Below are positions 58,831 to 64,000 of a DNA stretch of 64,000 nucleotides, in pieces. The translations under genes were made by a program, and so were the position numbers. A model generated the notes under the pieces. The model made no database searches. It was given only the letters and a program-made list of their open reading frames with translations, and had not been told where the DNA came from. Within the stretch, counting starts at the first letter, position 1. Each line of letters starts with the position of its first letter. This DNA is from an uncultured Sphingomonadales bacterium (GTDB lineage Bacteria > Pseudomonadota > Alphaproteobacteria > Sphingomonadales > Sphingomonadaceae), in assembly GCA_903834285.1 (NCBI GenBank), contig CAILIO010000230.1:1937-65936 (forward strand). Direction: 5' to 3'.

Positions 58831-59483
58831 TGGCCGGGGGTGAGGCAGAGGCGCGCGATTGGCTGGCGGCGCGGCATCCGGATGCTCTCGGTCGGCTAGA
58901 CGTATTGGTTGCGGCGCTCGTTGAAGAGAATACACGCCAGAATCTGGTGTCACGGCCATCGCTCGATGCGGTCTGGCAGCGGCATATCCTCGACAGTGCG
59001 CAGCTGCTCCATGTTTCACGTGAAACAATGCCGGAGGGCTCCTGGCTCGATCTGGGCAGCGGCGCGGGCTTCCCGGGTCTGGTGATCGCGGCTCTTCAGC
59101 CAAAACGGCTGGTGACGCTGGTTGATTCCCGGCGTCTGCGGACCGAGTGGCTTGCACGGGCTGCCGCGGCGATGAGTCTTCAGAATGTGGAAGTTGTCCT
59201 GTCCCGCGTGGAGGATTTGACCGACCGCACATGGCAGGTGATTTCCGCGCGGGCCTTCGCGCCGTTGGATCGGTTGCTGGATGCGGCGGCGCGTTTTTCC
59301 ACACCGGAGACGCTCTGGCTGTTGCCGAAGGGGACCAAGGCGCAGCATGAACTGGAAACGCTCGGCACCGAATGGAATCGCGTGTTTCACGTGGAACAGT
59401 CGTTGACCGATGCGACGGCGGGCATCATCGTCGGCCACCTGCACGGGCACACGGGCAAACACGCATCACGCAAGCGAGGTTGA
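58827..59483 (+). CDS. rsmG: 16S rRNA (guanine527-N7)-methyltransferase RsmG (GidB)
   Basis: [29 protein letters not shown] motif, SRAFAPL. The start overlaps the mnmG stop. Confidence 0.92.
   Translation: MMAGGEAEARDWLAARHPDALGRLDVLVAALVEENTRQNLVSRPSLDAVWQRHILDSAQLLHVSRETMPEGSWLDLGSGAGFPGLVIAALQPKRLVTLVDSRRLRTEWLARAAAAMSLQNVEVVLSRVEDLTDRTWQVISARAFAPLDRLLDAAARFSTPETLWLLPKGTKAQHELETLGTEWNRVFHVEQSLTDATAGIIVGHLHGHTGKHASRKRG
59012..59027. promoter_or_regulatory. parS centromere-like site (perfect 16/16)
   Basis: TGTTTCACGTGAAACA inside rsmG (encodes HVSRET). Confidence 0.9.
59383..59398. promoter_or_regulatory. parS centromere-like site (15/16 match)
   Basis: TGTTTCACGTGGAACA inside the 3' part of rsmG (encodes VFHVEQ). 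Confidence 0.8.
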
Positions 59484-59488
59484 GGTCG

Positions 59489-60265
59489 ATGATCACGATA
59501 GCCGTCGCGAATCAGAAGGGCGGGGTGGGCAAGACCACCACCGCGATCAATATAGCTACGGCGCTGGCGGCGACGGGGTGGAAGGTGCTGCTGATCGATC
59601 TCGATCCGCAGGGCAACGCCTCGACCGGGATCGGCGTATCGGCAGCGGAGCGTGAGCGGTCGTCCTATGATCTGCTCATCGAGCAGGCGAGCGTGGCTTC
59701 GTGCATGATCCCGACGCGGATCCCGGGGCTGGACCTCATCCCGGCGACCGTGGACTTGTCCGGCGCCGAGGTCGAGCTGGTCAGCGAGACCGACCGGACG
59801 GGCAAGCTGCGCGCGGCCTTGGCCGAAGATGCGGGGCACGAGATCTGCCTGATCGATTGCCCGCCTTCGCTGGGCTTGCTCACGCTCAACGCCATGTCCG
59901 CAGCCCACTCGCTGCTCGTGCCGCTGCAGTGCGAGTTCTTCGCGCTCGAAGGGCTGAGCCAGCTTCTCCAGACCGTGGAGCGCGTGCAGGAGCGGTTCAA
60001 CCCGGACCTGAGCATCCTTGGCATCGTGCTCACCATGTATGACCGGCGCAACCGGTTGACCGACCAGGTGGCCGACGATGTGCGCTCATGTCTGCACGGC
60101 CTGGTGTTTGATGCGGTGATCCCACGCAATGTCAAACTGTCCGAAGCGCCGAGCCATGGCCTTCCGGCGCTGATCTATGACCACGCTTGCGCCGGATCGC
60201 AGGCCTACATGAAGTTGGCGCGCGAGCTCATCGGCCGCCTGCCGGAGCGGAGGAAAGCAGCATGA
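59489..60265 (+). CDS. parA: chromosome partitioning ATPase ParA
   Basis: Deviant Walker A in IAVANQKGGVGKTTTAINIA, with IDCPPSLG and PRNVKLSEAPSHG. GAGGT precedes ATG 59489. Confidence 0.95.
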   Translation: MITIAVANQKGGVGKTTTAINIATALAATGWKVLLIDLDPQGNASTGIGVSAAERERSSYDLLIEQASVASCMIPTRIPGLDLIPATVDLSGAEVELVSETDRTGKLRAALAEDAGHEICLIDCPPSLGLLTLNAMSAAHSLLVPLQCEFFALEGLSQLLQTVERVQERFNPDLSILGIVLTMYDRRNRLTDQVADDVRSCLHGLVFDAVIPRNVKLSEAPSHGLPALIYDHACAGSQAYMKLARELIGRLPERRKAA

Positions 60266-61218
60266 GCGGCCCAGGTGACGGCAGCACGGACACCGGCGCG
60301 GCCGTCAAGGCCGCGAAGCGGCCCGCGTTGGGCCGTGGTCTCGGCGCGCTGCTGGGTGAGACGCGCCGCGAGGAGGCGGTTTCGCGAATCTCGGTTTCCG
60401 CGCCCGGAGAGCAGGTTGTCAGCGGCCTAGCCTCTCTTTCGGTTGCCTTGATCGAGCCGCATCCAGACCAGCCGCGGCGGCACTTCGACGAAGATGCGCT
60501 CGAGGAACTCGCGCGCTCGATTGCCGCGCGCGGTGTGATCCAACCGGTCGTGGTGCGGCCCATGGGCGGCGGTCGCTATCAGCTGGTCGCGGGCGAGCGG
60601 CGCTGGCGGGCGGCGCAGCGGGCGCGTGTTCACGAAATCCCGGCGATCGTCCGGCAACTGGATGACCGCGAAGTGACCGCGCTGGCGCTGATCGAGAACC
60701 TCCAGCGCGAAGATCTCAATCCCATCGAGGAAGCGCGGGCTTATCAGCGCCTTTCCGAGCAGGACGGATTAACACAGCAGGAAATCGCCACTTTCGTCGA
60801 CAAGTCGCGCAGCCATGTCGCGAACCTCATGCGGTTGCTCGTCCTACCCAGCGAAGTGCTCGACATGGTCGAGCGCGCACAGCTTTCGATGGGCCATGCC
60901 CGCGCACTCGCGGTCCTTCCCGATCCGGTTCCGCTCGCGCGAGAGACGGTCGCCAAGGGCCATTCGGTGCGCGACATCGAGCGGCTGGCGAAGCGGGCCA
61001 TGCGGCCCGATGCGGCGCCGCGGCGGGCGCGGGCCGAGCGCGATCCAGCGAGCTCGGCAGATATCGCGGCGGTGCAGGCGCATCTCGAGGAGTTCCTCGG
61101 GCTCAAGGTCACCATCCAGACCGACGCCGATCCGCGCACGGGCGCGGTGATGATCCGCTACAAAACGCTCGATCAGCTTGACCTGATCTGCCAGCGGCTG
61201 ACCGGCGGGGCGATCTGA
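60262..61218 (+). CDS. parB: chromosome partitioning protein ParB
   Basis: RPALGRGLGALLGE, PDQPRRHFDEDALEELARSI, LVAGERRWRAAQRA (CTP-binding arginine patch), HTH LTQQEIATFVDKSRSHVANLMRLL. The start overlaps the parA stop (ATGA). Confidence 0.95.
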   Translation: MSGPGDGSTDTGAAVKAAKRPALGRGLGALLGETRREEAVSRISVSAPGEQVVSGLASLSVALIEPHPDQPRRHFDEDALEELARSIAARGVIQPVVVRPMGGGRYQLVAGERRWRAAQRARVHEIPAIVRQLDDREVTALALIENLQREDLNPIEEARAYQRLSEQDGLTQQEIATFVDKSRSHVANLMRLLVLPSEVLDMVERAQLSMGHARALAVLPDPVPLARETVAKGHSVRDIERLAKRAMRPDAAPRRARAERDPASSADIAAVQAHLEEFLGLKVTIQTDADPRTGAVMIRYKTLDQLDLICQRLTGGAI

Positions 61219-61336
61219 CGTCTCCTGATTCTGCCCCGAAGGACTAGTTAATCGCTCGCTTAATTTTGATTGACCGCGCCGGGCGGGTTTGCCTATCTTT
61301 CAGGGTAATAACAGACCCGAAACCGGAGAGCCTGCC

Positions 61337-62491
61337 ATGTCGCTCGATCTGATTCCCCGCACTGCCTACAACGCGGACCATGAGGCGTTTCGCCAGACGG
61401 TGCGGCGCTACCTTGAAACCGAGATCGCGCCGCATGCCAATGAATGGGCCGAAGCGGGTATTGTCCCCAAGGCGATCTGGCCTAAGGCCGGCGAGCTCGG
61501 CATGCTCTGCCCGACCGTCCCTGAGGTATACGGCGGGCTCGGCCTCGACTTCGGCTACAACGCCATCGTTGATGAAGAGAGCGCCTACTACGGCCGCGTC
61601 GCCACCGGCTTCTCGCTCCAGTCCGACATCGTTGTGAACTACCTCGTTTCGTATGGTTCGGAAGAGCAGAAGCGCAAGTGGCTGCCCAAGATGGTCTCGG
61701 GCGAGGTGGTCACCGCCATCGCAATGACCGAGCCCGGGACCGGTTCCGACCTTCAGGGCATGCGCACCAGCGCCAAGAAGGACGGCAATCACTACGTGAT
61801 CAACGGGTCCAAGACCTACATCACCAATGGCCAGAACGCCGACCTGATCCTCGTCTGCTGCAAGACCGATACCGAGGTCCAGCCGGCGTGGAAGGGTGTC
61901 TCGATCGTGCTGGTCGAGGCGGACCGCGAGGGCTTCAAGCGCGGGCGCAACCTCGACAAGATCGGGCAGGACGAAGCCGAAACCTCGGAGCTGTTCTTCG
62001 AGGACGTGCGCGTGCCGATCACCAATTGCCTTGGCGAAGAGGGCAAGGGCTTTATCTACCTGATGAGCGAACTGCCGCAGGAGCGCCTCTCGATCGCGGT
62101 CAGCGCGCAGGCTTCGGCGCAGAAGGCGTTTGATGACACGGTGGAGTTCACCCGCGAGCGCAAGGCTTTCGGCAAGCCCATCCTCGACTTCCAGAACACC
62201 CGCTTCACGCTGGCCGATCTCAAGTCGAAGCTGCAGGTGGGCTGGGCGCATCTTGATTGGGCGCTGGCCCGTCATCTCAAGCGCGAACTGACCGCCGAGG
62301 AAGGTGCGGCGGCCAAGCTGTGGCACACCGAACTGCAGTGGGAAGTGATGGACAAGTGCCTCCAGCTCCACGGCGGTGCAGGCTACATGAATGAATACGC
62401 TATCGCGCGCGCCTGGCGCGGCGCACGTGTGACGCGCATCTTCGGCGGGACGAACGAGATCATGAAGGAACTCATCGGCCGCAAGCTGTGA
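61337..62491 (+). CDS. acyl-CoA dehydrogenase
   Basis: AIAMTEPGTGSDLQGMRT, ITNG, QLHGGAGYMNEY, RIFGGTNEIMKELI signatures. GGAGAG precedes ATG 61337. Confidence 0.92.
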   Translation: MSLDLIPRTAYNADHEAFRQTVRRYLETEIAPHANEWAEAGIVPKAIWPKAGELGMLCPTVPEVYGGLGLDFGYNAIVDEESAYYGRVATGFSLQSDIVVNYLVSYGSEEQKRKWLPKMVSGEVVTAIAMTEPGTGSDLQGMRTSAKKDGNHYVINGSKTYITNGQNADLILVCCKTDTEVQPAWKGVSIVLVEADREGFKRGRNLDKIGQDEAETSELFFEDVRVPITNCLGEEGKGFIYLMSELPQERLSIAVSAQASAQKAFDDTVEFTRERKAFGKPILDFQNTRFTLADLKSKLQVGWAHLDWALARHLKRELTAEEGAAAKLWHTELQWEVMDKCLQLHGGAGYMNEYAIARAWRGARVTRIFGGTNEIMKELIGRKL

Positions 62492-62534
62492 TCGACGGCC
62501 GCATGGCCGGCGATCGCCGCTGAGAGATCCGGCG

Positions 62535-63620
62535 ATGCGCATGCGCTCAGGAACCTGCCTGAAGCCGCGTGCGCGTCGTCGCATTCTTTTTTCTGCCCTT
62601 GCGGGGCTGCTGGGATTGAGCGCCTTGCCAGCGGCTGCCCAGTACGACGCCGATGCGGACGAGGTGGTGATCGAAGAGGATGTCGGGGAGACCTCCGGTA
62701 CGCCGACGTCTGCACCCTCCGACGTGCTGTCCGCCGACAATACCCGGGCCTGGTCCAATGCCGCTTCGCTCTACGCCCAGCCACCTGATCTCGGGAACTG
62801 CACTCCAGGTGTGCTGCGCGGCGAGGCAAAGGCCTCGTTTCTGTCCGCATTCAATGCCCTGAGAGCGCGGCATGGCCTTAGGCCCGTGCGGTATAATGCC
62901 GCAGCTGATCGTGCGGCGGGGGAAGCGGCCATGATGATGGCCGCCAACAGCGCACTGAGCCATGATCCTCCATCATCCTGGAAGTGCTGGACCGCTGCCG
63001 GAGCCGCCGCGGCGGGCAGCTCCAACTTGCTTGGCGGGGTTTCCTCGCCTTATCTCGCCTATGAGGACGACAATGCCGTCCTCGGGGAATGGCTGATCGA
63101 AGGCGATGGCGACGAGATCGGGCATCGCCGCTGGATGCTCGATCCCTATCTCGACCAGACCGCGCTGGGCCGCTTCATCACGGTCCTGCCCGGCGGGGTA
63201 CGGGTCGATTCGGCCGTGATGAAGGTGTTCGATTTTCCCGGCGGATCGGTTGGCGATTCTTCGAGTCGGTTCGGATCTGCTGGTGCCGTTCCGGCGTTCG
63301 TGGCCTGGCCGCAGGGTGATTATCCGGCCATGTTCTTCTCGTCCCGCGCGCGATTGTCTTTCTCGGTCAGCCAGGACCCGAACGACGTGGATGCACGCGG
63401 CACAGTGGATTTCTCTCAGGCAACAGTCTCGATCACCGATGGTGCACAAGTGCTGCCTGTTCGCGATCAACTGTGGGACGACGAAGGCTTTGGCGTTGCC
63501 AATTGCCTCTCGTGGCGAGTCGACGGCATTGTTCCTGGCCGAACTTATGCTGTGACGATCAGCGGAATTCGCGGCGCGCCGCAGGATCGCTACGCCTATG
63601 CCTTCCGGATCATGCGCTAG
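62535..63620 (+). CDS. secreted CAP/SCP-domain protein with an extra C-terminal domain
   Basis: Signal peptide ...LSALPAAAQ. CAP-like FNALRARHGLRPVRYNAAADRAAGEAAMMMAANSALSHD ... GHRRWMLDP. About 150-aa C-terminal domain of unknown type. Confidence 0.65.
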   Translation: MRMRSGTCLKPRARRRILFSALAGLLGLSALPAAAQYDADADEVVIEEDVGETSGTPTSAPSDVLSADNTRAWSNAASLYAQPPDLGNCTPGVLRGEAKASFLSAFNALRARHGLRPVRYNAAADRAAGEAAMMMAANSALSHDPPSSWKCWTAAGAAAAGSSNLLGGVSSPYLAYEDDNAVLGEWLIEGDGDEIGHRRWMLDPYLDQTALGRFITVLPGGVRVDSAVMKVFDFPGGSVGDSSSRFGSAGAVPAFVAWPQGDYPAMFFSSRARLSFSVSQDPNDVDARGTVDFSQATVSITDGAQVLPVRDQLWDDEGFGVANCLSWRVDGIVPGRTYAVTISGIRGAPQDRYAYAFRIMR

Positions 63621-63852
63621 GCAGACGATCTTCTGTGCCGAGCCTGCGGGCGAAAGGCCGGAGATGAATCAGCAAGTTTATGTATTATCTCGTAGGCCTC
63701 AAGCTCATACATCTAAGCCTGATCGTAACGTGGGAGGTGTGGTTGTCAGGCAATGTCATCCGAAGTGCCGTCATCATCGCGCACGACTGTACGAGGCCCC
63801 GCGGGCTTGCTCCGCAACGGCTTGCGCACAGCTCAGGACGCAGACCAGGCGC

Positions 63853-64000
63853 GTGAGAGGGGCCAGCTTCGGGTTTGCCATCGCGCTTGGTCTCATGGCA
63901 GGAGTGGCTGCCCCTGCGGCAGGCCAAAGCCAGACAGCGCAATCCTCACCGCGCCCAGCACCCGAAAAAGGCCAGTGTGAAATTGGCAGGGAATGGTCGG
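63853..64000 (+). CDS. partial 5' end of a secreted hypothetical protein
   Basis: The frame that stays open to the window end reads (V)RGASFGFAIALGLMAGVAAPAAGQSQTAQSS, which is signal-peptide-like. The GTG 63853 start is a guess, and the frame is open back to ATG 63664. Confidence 0.35.
   Translation, partial: MRGASFGFAIALGLMAGVAAPAAGQSQTAQSSPRPAPEKGQCEIGREWS

Noticed and set aside
61248-61263. TTAA-N8-TTAA upstream of the acyl-CoA dehydrogenase, considered as a CtrA box
   Set aside because: The spacer is 8 nt, not the canonical 7. More likely it is a local repressor operator or chance.
63753-63980. 75-aa track ORF near the window end
   Set aside because: The translation is Arg/Ser/Pro-rich. 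A different frame gives a signal-peptide-like sequence and stays open to the window edge.

Overview
This is a high-GC alphaproteobacterial chromosome segment. Gene content and order look Sphingomonadales-like, but that placement is an inference. The window is almost entirely conserved core genome and appears to span the replication-origin neighbourhood. A ppsR-maf-aroE-coaE-dnaQ block on the minus strand diverges from hemE across a 335-bp gap carrying DnaA-box-like 9-mers and GANTC sites. To the right follow hemJ, rho, mnmE, mnmG, rsmG, parA and parB, with three parS palindromes. Other recognisable genes include clpA, a ligase-associated DNA-damage-response exonuclease plus ATP-dependent ligase pair, hemB, cpoB-tilS-ftsH, a rodZ-like gene, ptsP, nadA, lipB, rpe, purH, hpf-ptsN, and an inositol-3-phosphate synthase plus nucleotidyltransferase pair. 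I found no rRNA, tRNA, CRISPR array, transposase, integrase, prophage or recognisable defence genes. I do not see a convincing novel multi-gene system. The most interesting items are the candidate oriC, the parS cluster, the orphan inositol-activation module with a distant atypical CDP-alcohol phosphatidyltransferase, an untracked 55-aa DUF465 gene paired divergently with a second DUF465 gene next to rcdA, a DUF2946 plus Cys-motif outer-membrane barrel pair beside the origin, and two frame breaks. The frame breaks are in tilS and in a membrane protein, and each is repairable by a 1-nt change in a homopolymer run, which suggests sequence error. All family assignments come from reading the translations and remembered motifs. 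No database search was run. Many start codons were re-chosen inside the longest ORFs and are approximate.
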